This document shows, piece by piece, positions 1 to 10,272 of a stretch of DNA of 64,000 nucleotides. Position 1 is the first letter of the stretch. The number at the start of each line of letters is the position of its first letter. The stretch is from positions 124,001 through 188,000 of the IMG/VR virus record IMGVR_UViG_3300022839_000006. One strand, given 5' to 3'. Position numbers and translations under genes: made by a program. The notes under the pieces were generated by a model. That model did not search any database, was not told where the DNA came from, and saw nothing but the letters and a program-made list of their open reading frames with translations.

Positions 1-1688
1 TTTGTAATTGTCGAAGCAGTATTATTGTTACTTTGTATTACAAGAACATCTCTTAGTGTTTCCGCATCAAACACTTCATCGACCGCTGGTTCTACTGTTA
101 TGGTACCAGCCGAAGAAGGTGCAACTTTACTTTTTCTAATGCTGAACGACATGTCTGAAAGTGATTTTACAAAAGATTTGTTTGCATCAAAGATTAGTTT
201 TGATTCGGACGAATTGATGATTTTTGGCGTTATCTGAATTTGCCCATTAGTAGAACCTTCTTTCACGTAGCCAACATTTTCAAATGCTTGACCTGTGTTC
301 ATACGAATGGCATATAGATATACCCTGTCTCTCGTGTAGTTTTTAACAATAGCGGAACCAATTGCAACAAGTGACGAGTTCAAAAGTGAAACGTTGGCCA
401 TGGTGCCTATCGTGACACTACCAGTTGCTGCTATGACTTTACAGAAGCCGCCGTAATTGAAGTTTACTGGTTGGCTGTTAATGTCGAATGTTACAGTATT
501 TGCATTTGGAACTTCGAATATTCTTTTTGAATCGTTTGCAATGCGATATCCTTTTGAATATGCGATTCCTTCGCCCATTTCAACAAAGAATGTGTCTGTT
601 GCATCGTTCTTTACAATTTCAAATTGAAATTTGTTCTTCGTAAAGTCACCGTTTGTTTCGTACGTTCTACGTGCAAGCTCTTTAGCAATCGAATTAAATT
701 CAGAGACGTTTCTTGTTTCGACTGCGTATCCATTTTCATATCTACGAAGAATGAAAAACTCAGCATCAGCTTCTGCTGCTACTGTATTCAGTGCAATCAA
801 TCTTGGGACGAGTAGCAATCTGTCCGCACCGGGGGCGTTCTCGTTCGCTGAGCCGTTTGCGTTATCAAGCAGTGAAGTGTCCTGTTGGGAGTTAACGATT
901 GACTCATCAACTGCGTAACCCACCGATGTGTTATTAGGCTGAATTGCAAAGGGGTCTTCTTCATCAACTTCAGACAAATATTTACTAACAATGACTGTTT
1001 GATCATCAACGAATAGGAAGTGCCCACGCTGGAACACAATACCTTCGGATGAGTTAAGACCGAACGACTTTCCGATTGGGCTAGAGAAACCTGCAACTGA
1101 AGTGCTTGCTACAATGCCGTTGTCTATAGTTGTTTCGCTCGATACGCCCTCGACAACTTGTGTTCTAAGGATGTATTCTCTTACTGAAAGTGAATCGTTA
1201 GGTTCATACACTTTCTTTTCAATGCCTTCTACTTCAACGGTGTTTAGATATACCATGAAGAACGTGTTAAGGTCTGGTGCTCTACTTTGAAAACCACTTG
1301 TTCCTTGAATAATAAGAGACTTGAGACCCGAACTGTCTTCTATCTCGAAGTAATATTCATCAACCGTGCCGTCAATCTGAACTACAGTACGCTCGATAAA
1401 ATCTTCTGGTCTTGCTCTTCCTCCACCACCAGCAAGTAGAATACTATCTACAACTTTTGCATATTGAAGGTTGCGAATCTCTGTGAATGTGCAGCCCTTA
1501 ATGATTGAACCTTCTTTATAGATATTCTCCCCAAACTGTTCAATTTGGTTTTGAAGCGTTGTTTGTAGCTGAGTCAATTCTCTCGCTTGAACCGCAAAGC
1601 CAGGCTTAAAAAGCACTCTATAATATTTGTTGGCAATATCATAGTCGTCAAAGTACGGTGCAATATTCAGATCTGTTTTGATACTCAT
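1..1688 (-). CDS. VrlC/DUF4815 virion structural protein (3' end runs off the window)
   Basis: Not in the ORF track. Read manually from ATG at 1688: MSIKTDLNIAPYFDDYDIANKYYRVLFKPGFAVQARELTQLQTTLQNQIEQFG, the typical VrlC/DUF4815 N-terminus of T4-like phages; lies downstream of gp8. Confidence 0.85.
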   Translation of the reverse strand, partial: MSIKTDLNIAPYFDDYDIANKYYRVLFKPGFAVQARELTQLQTTLQNQIEQFGENIYKEGSIIKGCTFTEIRNLQYAKVVDSILLAGGGGRARPEDFIERTVVQIDGTVDEYYFEIEDSSGLKSLIIQGTSGFQSRAPDLNTFFMVYLNTVEVEGIEKKVYEPNDSLSVREYILRTQVVEGVSSETTIDNGIVASTSVAGFSSPIGKSFGLNSSEGIVFQRGHFLFVDDQTVIVSKYLSEVDEEDPFAIQPNNTSVGYAVDESIVNSQQDTSLLDNANGSANENAPGADRLLLVPRLIALNTVAAEADAEFFILRRYENGYAVETRNVSEFNSIAKELARRTYETNGDFTKNKFQFEIVKNDATDTFFVEMGEGIAYSKGYRIANDSKRIFEVPNANTVTFDINSQPVNFNYGGFCKVIAATGSVTIGTMANVSLLNSSLVAIGSAIVKNYTRDRVYLYAIRMNTGQAFENVGYVKEGSTNGQIQITPKIINSSESKLIFDANKSFVKSLSDMSFSIRKSKVAPSSAGTITVEPAVDEVFDAETLRDVLVIQSNNNTASTIT

Positions 1689-1703
1689 GGTGTGCTTTTA
1701 TCC

Positions 1704-3302
1704 TTAGAAGTCTATGATTAAACGTATTTGCTCAGCTTTGTCTTCTGTTCTATCAATTGGTGTCGAATCCGCAATAAATAAAACATCTCCGCTATCACCA
1801 ACATACGGTGAATATTCAATAGTATTTATACCAAAACTTGTAGAGTTGATTGTTAGTGGAAGTGAATCCACAAAACTTTCAGAATAAGGGCCTTTGTAGT
1901 CCGAAAGATATATTGTATTTTCTGCTGCAATCACTTGATGCACGATGCCTTGAACCGGTTCTTGTGTTACAGTAGAACCAACATCTATGCCTACAGATCC
2001 AGATGCTGTAACTATTTTTACACGATTGTCAAACGTCACAGCATCTATATCATCTTCAAAGGTTGTCGAAAATCGTGGCTTTTTTACCAAGCCTATTTTA
2101 CTATAAGTACCGAACCCAGGTATACTTGAGCCATTCAATTCGGATATAGTTTTTGCAATTCCTATGTGCCGACATTTTAATTCTCTTAATATATTTGTGC
2201 CATGACCACCGTCAGGTGAAATAATAGGTCTTAGTATTGCCCTTACAGCTCCCTCTCCTGCGTTGAAGCCTTGAGCTGCATCAACAACTACAGCCGTTGC
2301 CCTTGTATAGCCAGTGCCATAATTAAGAATTCTGACTGATACAATTCTTTGTTCTACAAACACAGGCATCGCAGTAGCATCTTCACCATCGCCGGTAATT
2401 ATTATTGTAGGAGCTATTTGAACTGTGTCTCCCGACTCTATGAAAGAATTTGCTTCTACTATTAAAAATGGCTTTGAATTTTGTAGCCCAGACTCTACTA
2501 TTCTGAAAGAAGACGTTTCAAGAATAGGCGAAGATTCATTTTTTCGGACATACAGCGTTCTGCCAACATAGAAGTTGGGTGTCGCAAAGTCAAATGATTG
2601 GATGGTAGAAAAAGAATTGCTATTTGTGTTGTCTGACGAATCAAGTTTTACTGTCGCATTTAAGAATATTTTTGAAGTAACAACATCAAAACTTTCTACG
2701 ACTCCAGCTATCAATTCGTAATTTCTATTTAGATCCTGATTTTCAACGAGTATTGAATAGATTCCATCATTAGCAACATTTTCTACTTCAGCATTTCTTA
2801 CTACTGGCATAAATGTTCTGGCAGCAAATCTTCTATGTGTGTTATAAGGTGTTGACGACATATACTTCCAGATATAGCCATCAGGTAGTTCGTATATGCC
2901 ATCCTCAATGCTGCTTGTAAATTCTGGTTTATTGAGAGAAGGAGTACTTCTTGCGTTTGATATGCACTTAAACAGATTGTAGTTGCCTCCTTCAATGTCA
3001 GGCTCTACCACAACATAAAAAGTTTTTTCGGTTAGTATTGCCATATCATCAAACGGGGCATATGTGGTACCTTGCCTCCATACAATAACAGGTAGCATAA
3101 ACGAAATGTCTTTAGGTCCGATCTTTGTACCAAAGATAGTTTTACCTAAGAAGTCTCTGGCAGTAGACAAAGTGTTGAATGAGTTCGGCTTAACAGTATC
3201 GACCGAACTCGAACCGAATAACCAGAAGTCGTTGGCAATCAGATTTTTCAAATAATAGTTCTCGACCATATCATAGTCAAATTTATCAAATTTAGTTGTC
3301 AC
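1704..3302 (-). CDS. gp8: Baseplate wedge protein gp8-like
   Basis: Motifs W..GTTY..FDD, YNLFKCISN, DGYIWKYM, ISP.GGHG and C-terminal I.R.EDKAEQIRLIIDF; synteny. Confidence 0.85.
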   Translation of the reverse strand: MTTKFDKFDYDMVENYYLKNLIANDFWLFGSSSVDTVKPNSFNTLSTARDFLGKTIFGTKIGPKDISFMLPVIVWRQGTTYAPFDDMAILTEKTFYVVVEPDIEGGNYNLFKCISNARSTPSLNKPEFTSSIEDGIYELPDGYIWKYMSSTPYNTHRRFAARTFMPVVRNAEVENVANDGIYSILVENQDLNRNYELIAGVVESFDVVTSKIFLNATVKLDSSDNTNSNSFSTIQSFDFATPNFYVGRTLYVRKNESSPILETSSFRIVESGLQNSKPFLIVEANSFIESGDTVQIAPTIIITGDGEDATAMPVFVEQRIVSVRILNYGTGYTRATAVVVDAAQGFNAGEGAVRAILRPIISPDGGHGTNILRELKCRHIGIAKTISELNGSSIPGFGTYSKIGLVKKPRFSTTFEDDIDAVTFDNRVKIVTASGSVGIDVGSTVTQEPVQGIVHQVIAAENTIYLSDYKGPYSESFVDSLPLTINSTSFGINTIEYSPYVGDSGDVLFIADSTPIDRTEDKAEQIRLIIDF

Positions 3303-3320
3303 TGTTTAAACCTCGATGAG

Positions 3321-5891
3321 TTATGTAATTAGGTATTGAAAGCCGGTTTCGGCAAGCACGACTGCGTCATCTTCTATGTAATCAGCAGCAACATCTAGGC
3401 CAATGTCAGTAATTCTAGGTGCTGGTAATGTTATATTTATTTCGATTATGTCTGTTTTTCCAAATTTAGTGAATAGTTTAAGTCCTGCAGGATGCATTAA
3501 TTCTTTGTATTCTTCTTGATATACGTTGGTCGATACATCAGTATTTATTTCGTATGAATAGTCCTGATAGTAGAAACTATCTTGTATGACCTTGTTGCTG
3601 TTAAGATGTGAAAAGAAGCTTACCCAACGACCTTCGGTTAAACCTTGGCTTCTTGCCGAAGCAATTCCCTCAGCATCGGGACTAGAATCAAGCAAAATGA
3701 ACAAGTCAGTATTTTCCTGATACCAAGTCTCTTTGACTAGCTGAGGCACAATTATATTCTTCCATCTGTCAACGATACCTTCACTTGCAGTGCCATCTGC
3801 AATCTTTTCAAATTGAAGAACGTCTAGTGAACCAAAATGTTCATTCTCGTCAATGTCCCCGTATGCAAAGCCATCATAATATATTGTTCTTAGAAATAGA
3901 TCAAGTTCCACAGATTTAAGATTGCTATCTACCGCACATTTTAAAAGTTCTACTGCAAACGTTCCACCTTGAGAAGCTGGTTTTGGTCGAATTGGTATTA
4001 CATTTTCTCTGTCTCTTTTTGTAATGTTATACAACCGAACAGTGGCATCGTCTCGATAAGCAAAGCCACTATCAATTATATCTAATTTTTCTATTTTGCC
4101 AGTAACTGTTTCAACAATCCCGTTTATTTTTGCATTGAGACCCATTGGTTGTGAATCGAGGTCTCTTGATATTGTGCTAATAGATATTGGTATTGAACCG
4201 TTTTCTTTAAATAGTGGTTGTGTTTGTACAAACGATTCAAAGGTAAGCTGAGTAACGTATATATTATTTCCCTCAACTTTTACTACTCTGCCTTTTACTT
4301 CAACTGTTGTGTTTATGCCATCAAAACTTTGTATTACTTTTGATTGTACGAGAGTGTCGTCTTCAAAAATAACAACACCAGCAACAGGAAGTGTCCGTAT
4401 AATTTGATCACGCAGATTAAATCTGCGTATGATATTCTCTCTAGCAACAACGAAGGTATCGCTGAAATATTCTGTCCCTGGATTAATATTTGCCAAAGCA
4501 GCGAGAACACCTATCGTAAACGTCTCTGGTACGAAAGCTACATTTAAACGTGTGCTCAACTTAGGGACTATGGAATTTACTCTAGTTCCACTCATTTCAA
4601 GCAGTGCGGGTGGTATCTGCGAATAATTTGACGAATTTATTGGAACGTCTAAATAATTTTCAATTGTGTCCACAATAACAGTAATGGTTTCGGTATCACT
4701 TATCGACCCTATATCAGCACTTGCAGAACTGTTAGTATCTGTAACGAATACAGGTTCTACCGTGATGTTGTCTATTCTGTCTAGAGTCGAAACATCATAA
4801 CCGCCTTCTAAGAAATACGTGGTCGGGTCTGCAATAGCTTCTGATGTTGTTGTGTCAAGTCTTAGTCCCACTGAAATGTTATTTTGTCCGATTATCGATG
4901 CTGTAACAGTTGTTCCATAGCTGTTAATTTGTTGAACATTTTCGCCTACAATAAATTTTATATCGACCGCGGCAGCTAATGGATCTGGATCTGCAAAAAA
5001 CAGAGATTGAGTGGAAATTTCGACGTCTGTATCTGAAGTAGTATAACCATAGCCGCCAGATACAATATCAAATACAATCTCGCCTGTAAGTTCGTCTGAA
5101 ACTTTTGTAACTCTGCCCTTTGCTCCATAACCAGTAGACGATTCTATTTCTATAATATCGCCAATTTGGTTATTGCTTCTAGGTGCATTAGTCACATCAA
5201 CAGTTTTAAGCGAACCATATACCCTGCCGTAAGTTGCATCGGGGTCGGCACTGTATATAACATCAAACCCTTTAAATTCGCCTCTTACATCACTCAAGAA
5301 AATGATGGGTATAATAGAATTTTGAATATTTACGAAGTAGACACTATCGACAAATGCTTCTGCTTGCGATTTATCTCCAAGTATTCTTTTGTTGACAATG
5401 TCGTTAAACGGAATGATACTATCAACTGCATGAAGTTGAATAAACGTACCTACCTTCCACTTGGATGATGACAGCCTCAGCATATCTTCTGAAGGATAAT
5501 AAATCTCTACTTCAGCGTCAAAAAACAACTTGAAGAACAGCTCTATGCCTTCTTTCGACCCTTTTCTGCGATATAGATCAAGTATGTTCTTTACAATAAA
5601 TCTTGTGTCTTCTTCAAAAAACAAACCGCTCAGAAACTTGTTCTTGAAGTATATAAGCATCCTTTCAAGAGTCGTATCAATGTTGCGATACTCATACATT
5701 CTTCGAGCATTGTATATCGATTGATTTTCTTCCGATTCAAGAAATTCATAATAGCCTTTGACGAGCTCTACGAGTTCTTTGCCTTCTTCTCTGTAGATTG
5801 CAGGAAACTGATTTTCTATGAGGTATGATATCTTTTTTGGTTCAGCAAATACGTAATCTGAAAGACGAATATCGTTTAGGTTTTCTGTCAT
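3321..5891 (-). CDS. gp7: Baseplate wedge initiator gp7-like
   Basis: N-terminal LYRRKGSKEGIELFFKLFF; C-terminal IQDSFYYQDYSYEI...HPAGLKLF; lies between gp6 and gp8. Confidence 0.8.
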   Translation of the reverse strand: MTENLNDIRLSDYVFAEPKKISYLIENQFPAIYREEGKELVELVKGYYEFLESEENQSIYNARRMYEYRNIDTTLERMLIYFKNKFLSGLFFEEDTRFIVKNILDLYRRKGSKEGIELFFKLFFDAEVEIYYPSEDMLRLSSSKWKVGTFIQLHAVDSIIPFNDIVNKRILGDKSQAEAFVDSVYFVNIQNSIIPIIFLSDVRGEFKGFDVIYSADPDATYGRVYGSLKTVDVTNAPRSNNQIGDIIEIESSTGYGAKGRVTKVSDELTGEIVFDIVSGGYGYTTSDTDVEISTQSLFFADPDPLAAAVDIKFIVGENVQQINSYGTTVTASIIGQNNISVGLRLDTTTSEAIADPTTYFLEGGYDVSTLDRIDNITVEPVFVTDTNSSASADIGSISDTETITVIVDTIENYLDVPINSSNYSQIPPALLEMSGTRVNSIVPKLSTRLNVAFVPETFTIGVLAALANINPGTEYFSDTFVVARENIIRRFNLRDQIIRTLPVAGVVIFEDDTLVQSKVIQSFDGINTTVEVKGRVVKVEGNNIYVTQLTFESFVQTQPLFKENGSIPISISTISRDLDSQPMGLNAKINGIVETVTGKIEKLDIIDSGFAYRDDATVRLYNITKRDRENVIPIRPKPASQGGTFAVELLKCAVDSNLKSVELDLFLRTIYYDGFAYGDIDENEHFGSLDVLQFEKIADGTASEGIVDRWKNIIVPQLVKETWYQENTDLFILLDSSPDAEGIASARSQGLTEGRWVSFFSHLNSNKVIQDSFYYQDYSYEINTDVSTNVYQEEYKELMHPAGLKLFTKFGKTDIIEINITLPAPRITDIGLDVAADYIEDDAVVLAETGFQYLIT

Positions 5892-7672
5892 CTGATTTCT
5901 ACTACATTAATTGTTACATCTTCGTCCTTGAGCACCAACACTCTTCCTTTAGGTGACGAGACGTTCTTCTCTTGTGTATTTGCTGATACCCTTATTCCGG
6001 CACCAGCGTATGAATCGACCACGAAGTCAGACAGCCTTGCAATACCGTTCTTGTAGTCAACAGTACCGACATTTCGTCTTATTATATCGAAGATTCCTTC
6101 ATTTCTTCGGGCTTCGTTGATGATATTAATAATACCCAAGCCGTCATCTTCAAAGATTGCATTAATACCATCATACACAAAAACACTACTACGAACAAAC
6201 GTATTATAACTTAGAGTATTATTAGATTGTAAGAATATTCCCTGACTTGCCAGTGAAGTGCCAAAATCAAATTTCGGATTGTCGCTTTTCTTAAACTCTG
6301 GAGAATAGAGAATATACGGTAGTGCATCGAGCGTGTTACTTGTGATGGAAGCATTGCTATTATCTATTAGTGTCGACGCTCTTGATACTTCAAATACAGC
6401 ACCAAACTTTTCAAGTGATGTGATGTTGTACTGAGTCAACACTTCTCTTACTGCCTGCTCCAAATCAGACTTTGATTGAGATGTCTGCTTAGGTGAATAG
6501 AATAGATTTATGCTCAGGGTGACATAAAGGAATTCAGGCGGCAAGAATATAGGCTGAATTGCAACAGGTGTCTTATCTCTTAGATACACTTCATAATTTC
6601 TAGCCGCAGCTTCTGACAGACCACCGTCAAGATTGACAGATATAGCAACTTTGCCATAACGTGGCGGGTCCAATTCGTCGCCGCCGTAAACAGAAATGTC
6701 TCTTATTTCATTGAATCTCTGCTTCAGCAATACTTCGTAGTCTCTTTCAGTTACTGCTCTTTCCTGTATCTGAATTGACCGGGGTGCAAAAAACTTCGTG
6801 TCTTCAATTGTCTCTTTTTCTGCTCCGCCCGCTGCGTGCGTAACTGTAGTAACCGTGACATTGCTTTTGAACGCAGTAGAAAATCTGCAAGCTCCGTTTG
6901 CTTCTGTACCGCTTGAGAGCCTGTAAATAACTCTTATCTGCTCGTTTGCCGCTGGAGTTCTACCAAATCTGTTGTTACCGAATATGATTTCATATGTGCT
7001 ATCGAAGCTTGGCTCAATATAAAAAACAGGATCATCCGCTGCGACACCAAAGATGTCCCCTCGGTATACATATTCAATTCTATCGAGTGGCTCATCGAAA
7101 GACTCAAATACCTTGATGCTTGATGTGTCAATATTTTGATTTAAAAGCCTAATTGTGTTTCTTGTTCCTGTAACAAAGAATGCTTCATCAACAATTTCTC
7201 CCTCGAAGATGTCAACACCTTCAACTACATACTTGCCACTTGTTGTATCTTTTCTGGCGATGTACGTCTCGTTTGTAAAGAAGTTATACCTATCACCTGC
7301 ATGAGTGGTTGTAAACCTAGTATTTTCTGGTATTACAATGGTTGAGCTAGTACTATTAGTGTCAGATATTGAGATGTTAACGGAAGACACCGCAGATGTT
7401 GAAGACCTAGGTAGATAGTTTAACTCTTTCGCGTGCGATACAACTGAATTTTCCATCTGTGCAGTATCAAGAAACATCTCAGATATTGCCATATTAGTAT
7501 AAAAGTTGTTCTGATATGTGTTGTATGCCAACACATCAAGTAATACTGACATGTTAGAACCTTCAAAGTCAAAATCTTTGAAGCGGTCAGCGGGGTCCGC
7601 TCTTAGATATTCTTTAAGTTGATTTTTAACTCGAAAGAAGTCTAGCTCTGTGATGGGTGTCTTCAATGACAT
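5888..7672 (-). CDS. gp6: Baseplate wedge subunit gp6
   Basis: FKDFDFEGSNMSVLLDVLAYNT, QERAVTERDY, GGDELDPPRYGKV motifs. Confidence 0.93.
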   Translation of the reverse strand: MSLKTPITELDFFRVKNQLKEYLRADPADRFKDFDFEGSNMSVLLDVLAYNTYQNNFYTNMAISEMFLDTAQMENSVVSHAKELNYLPRSSTSAVSSVNISISDTNSTSSTIVIPENTRFTTTHAGDRYNFFTNETYIARKDTTSGKYVVEGVDIFEGEIVDEAFFVTGTRNTIRLLNQNIDTSSIKVFESFDEPLDRIEYVYRGDIFGVAADDPVFYIEPSFDSTYEIIFGNNRFGRTPAANEQIRVIYRLSSGTEANGACRFSTAFKSNVTVTTVTHAAGGAEKETIEDTKFFAPRSIQIQERAVTERDYEVLLKQRFNEIRDISVYGGDELDPPRYGKVAISVNLDGGLSEAAARNYEVYLRDKTPVAIQPIFLPPEFLYVTLSINLFYSPKQTSQSKSDLEQAVREVLTQYNITSLEKFGAVFEVSRASTLIDNSNASITSNTLDALPYILYSPEFKKSDNPKFDFGTSLASQGIFLQSNNTLSYNTFVRSSVFVYDGINAIFEDDGLGIINIINEARRNEGIFDIIRRNVGTVDYKNGIARLSDFVVDSYAGAGIRVSANTQEKNVSSPKGRVLVLKDEDVTINVVEIR

Positions 7673-7676
7673 TTGA

Positions 7677-8117
7677 TTACCTTACTCGTTCTATAAATAC
7701 AGTTACAGATATCGGATCTTCGCTACTCTTCACGTAAAAATAAATTATTACTTTTACTTTGTTGTCACCGTAAAGAGAAGTGACATCAACGTCAATCAGA
7801 GACACTCTCGGTTCAAAGTTATTTATAACATCTTTTACACGTTCTTCTAGAATTTTAAGAGTAACGGGCGTTGCGTTCTCAAATAATGATGCTCTTACGT
7901 CAGAGCCGAGATTGGGTTGAAACAATCGTTCTCCACGGTCAGTTAGAATTAAGTTCTTTAGAGATTCTTTGATGGATTCCTCATTGCTTTTTAGTGCCAA
8001 ATCCAAAGACAGTGGATTTATTGTCAGATCTTTATGAAAGTCTGTGTATATTACCCGCTTCTTCCGTAGTGGCGAAACTCTAGGTATTGGGCTGAGTGGA
8101 TCGTTTAATGTGGTCAT
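7677..8117 (-). CDS. gp25: Baseplate wedge subunit gp25
   Basis: LKNLILTDRGERLFQPNLGS and FEPRV motifs of the GPW/gp25 family. Confidence 0.93.
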   Translation of the reverse strand: MTTLNDPLSPIPRVSPLRKKRVIYTDFHKDLTINPLSLDLALKSNEESIKESLKNLILTDRGERLFQPNLGSDVRASLFENATPVTLKILEERVKDVINNFEPRVSLIDVDVTSLYGDNKVKVIIYFYVKSSEDPISVTVFIERVR

Positions 8118-8120
8118 ATC

Positions 8121-10262
8121 TTATGCTCCTTTTGCTCCTGATGGACCTGATAGTTGGTAATACTGAAAATAACCCCAATCCCTTGAATCTGATGTATCAA
8201 TGTGAGTAAAAGTGCTGTATGACCCAAACCCTCTAAAACCAACCTGATATGCAAGGTTCATAAATTTTATCTGGTTGGCCTGACCGCTGATATTACAATC
8301 AAACGCTTTTCCTGCTAGGTGCAAAGATCCGCGAGCACCTCCTGCTGATGCGTTTGCTTGAGGATTTCTAAACGCACTGACTACATTGAAAGGCGAACCC
8401 CAACGCTGAACTAGTTTGTATAGCTTATACATTGCCTCTGTATCTACTCCGCCTCCGATGGAAATTGGAGTAAACCCCGCTTTGCCTGATATCTTCGACG
8501 AAGGCCCAGGAGTGTAGGTAATACCGCCCATGCCCTTCAGAGCCTCTTCGTACGATGGAAACTCGTAACCCTCTGAGGTATTTGGCGTTGGTCCAAAGCC
8601 GTCGTATGGTAGTGTGCCCTGTGGCAAATTCACGATGCTGCCCGACGACACGGTAGTAGCTGGAATTAATCCTGCCTGAGTAAATGCCGACACTCTTGCG
8701 CTTGTATCGAATCTGGTTGCTCCTGCCTGCATTGTACTCAAGGTTCTTCTATTGCCAGCAGCAGACAAAACCCTATCTGCTTCTCTGTATTGGTTATGCA
8801 ACTCTTCTAGTGGCTTTGAAGTCCCATCATATATCCTTTGAATTTCTGCATTGAGATTGCTAAAGCGAAGAACGACAAAATCAACTTCTTCCTTTTTTGA
8901 TTCTCTGTATTTTTGAGACGCAATGGCAATTTGTCCTTTTACCACATCCTTCATCTGATTAGTTGTGTCGTCAGTTGACGCTTTTTGGGCGTCCGCCAGT
9001 AAGCCTGCGTTCTTTGCATAAACAGCACCCATATTGAAATTGAAACTGTTATTCAATGATTTTGAGTTGAAGAAGTGTATCTTAGATTTAAGTTGAGATA
9101 CTGCAGTGTCAATGCTGTTTGATAGCTGTTCGTGTAGATTATCTAGCACGCCCACAGCTGCATATGATCTTGAAAGTTCTCTCAATCTGTCTGATTCTAC
9201 TTCAAGCGACAGTCCCGTATCTTTTGATGCTTTGCCCAAGGAAGAAAATGATGATGAAAGGTTGCCATTTAATGCACTCTTGATTAAATTGCTTATCTCT
9301 AATGTTCTGGCCGGATCTGTGACAGAAACTTGTTCTGCTTCAACATAAAGACCTTTTGCCAAAGTATCAATTGTGCTTGTCACAGCAACAAAATCACTGT
9401 ACATTTTAAAATTTAACTCGCCTGTCAAAACTGACAGTGTCGACAAATAAGACAACAGTGAATCTATGCTGACCTTTGATATTGGGCAGGTAAGTTCGTT
9501 GTTCGCATCTTTAATGCTATCTATGAATGAAACAACGTTGCGTATTAGAGATATTAACGCTAGTGCCTCTGTAATGCCAAAATTAGAAGCAAAGATGTTA
9601 CCCAGTGACACAGTAGTTATCTGTGTCACTGCTACCATGTTAGCAACCAATTCTTGAATAGTCTGAACGAGCGATAAAAGTTTGTCGGTTATGCTTATTA
9701 GTTCATCAAGCTTCGCGCCAATTGAATTGACTAAGCTGTTAAATTCGTCAATAAATGAGTATAGGTTCCCAAAAGGATCCTTTGTTGGAGGTATGGCTGC
9801 ATATACGTTTCTTACTGCAAAGCACGGGCTGATTATATCGATTCTTGTGCCAAGGCTTTCAAGATACTTTTCAGTAAGATCAATGAATCTAGTAGGTTTT
9901 GATGCTACTTGCAAACTCAGTAAAACTGGATCGATTCCATTTATTTCGATTATTTGATTTACTTCTGCTGATGACAAATCGTTTATGATGAACTGAGAGT
10001 TTGTAGTAGTTGCCGTTGAAGCACCTAAAGTAATTCTTTTCTCTAGTATAGGATACTCGTCAGAAAATAATCTAGATGTGATAGCCAGAGAGTTTCTTGT
10101 ATTGCGATACTTTTTTATCTCTGAGTTTATCAAGTCGGTGTTGCTATTTAATAGCGACACGTTGAGATTTTCAATCCCCATTGAAGTAGAAAACAGATCC
10201 TCGGATGCTGCCTGCAACATATTAACTAAATCTTCTGAGTAACTACAATCTTTAATGTTCAT
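8121..10262 (-). CDS. Baseplate-associated protein with C-terminal M15-type (LAS) Zn peptidase
   Basis: C-terminal SAFRNPQAN..GGARGSLHLAGKAFD...FTHID (H-x6-D and HxD ligands of Peptidase_M15_3); long helical N-terminus. Confidence 0.8.
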   Translation of the reverse strand: MNIKDCSYSEDLVNMLQAASEDLFSTSMGIENLNVSLLNSNTDLINSEIKKYRNTRNSLAITSRLFSDEYPILEKRITLGASTATTTNSQFIINDLSSAEVNQIIEINGIDPVLLSLQVASKPTRFIDLTEKYLESLGTRIDIISPCFAVRNVYAAIPPTKDPFGNLYSFIDEFNSLVNSIGAKLDELISITDKLLSLVQTIQELVANMVAVTQITTVSLGNIFASNFGITEALALISLIRNVVSFIDSIKDANNELTCPISKVSIDSLLSYLSTLSVLTGELNFKMYSDFVAVTSTIDTLAKGLYVEAEQVSVTDPARTLEISNLIKSALNGNLSSSFSSLGKASKDTGLSLEVESDRLRELSRSYAAVGVLDNLHEQLSNSIDTAVSQLKSKIHFFNSKSLNNSFNFNMGAVYAKNAGLLADAQKASTDDTTNQMKDVVKGQIAIASQKYRESKKEEVDFVVLRFSNLNAEIQRIYDGTSKPLEELHNQYREADRVLSAAGNRRTLSTMQAGATRFDTSARVSAFTQAGLIPATTVSSGSIVNLPQGTLPYDGFGPTPNTSEGYEFPSYEEALKGMGGITYTPGPSSKISGKAGFTPISIGGGVDTEAMYKLYKLVQRWGSPFNVVSAFRNPQANASAGGARGSLHLAGKAFDCNISGQANQIKFMNLAYQVGFRGFGSYSTFTHIDTSDSRDWGYFQYYQLSGPSGAKGA

Positions 10263-10272
10263 ATATTACCTT

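Noticed and set aside
25-1290. Short + strand ORFs in the first 1.3 kb
   Set aside because: They are antisense shadows of the long minus-strand VrlC-like gene; the same applies to most nested opposite-strand ORFs in the track.
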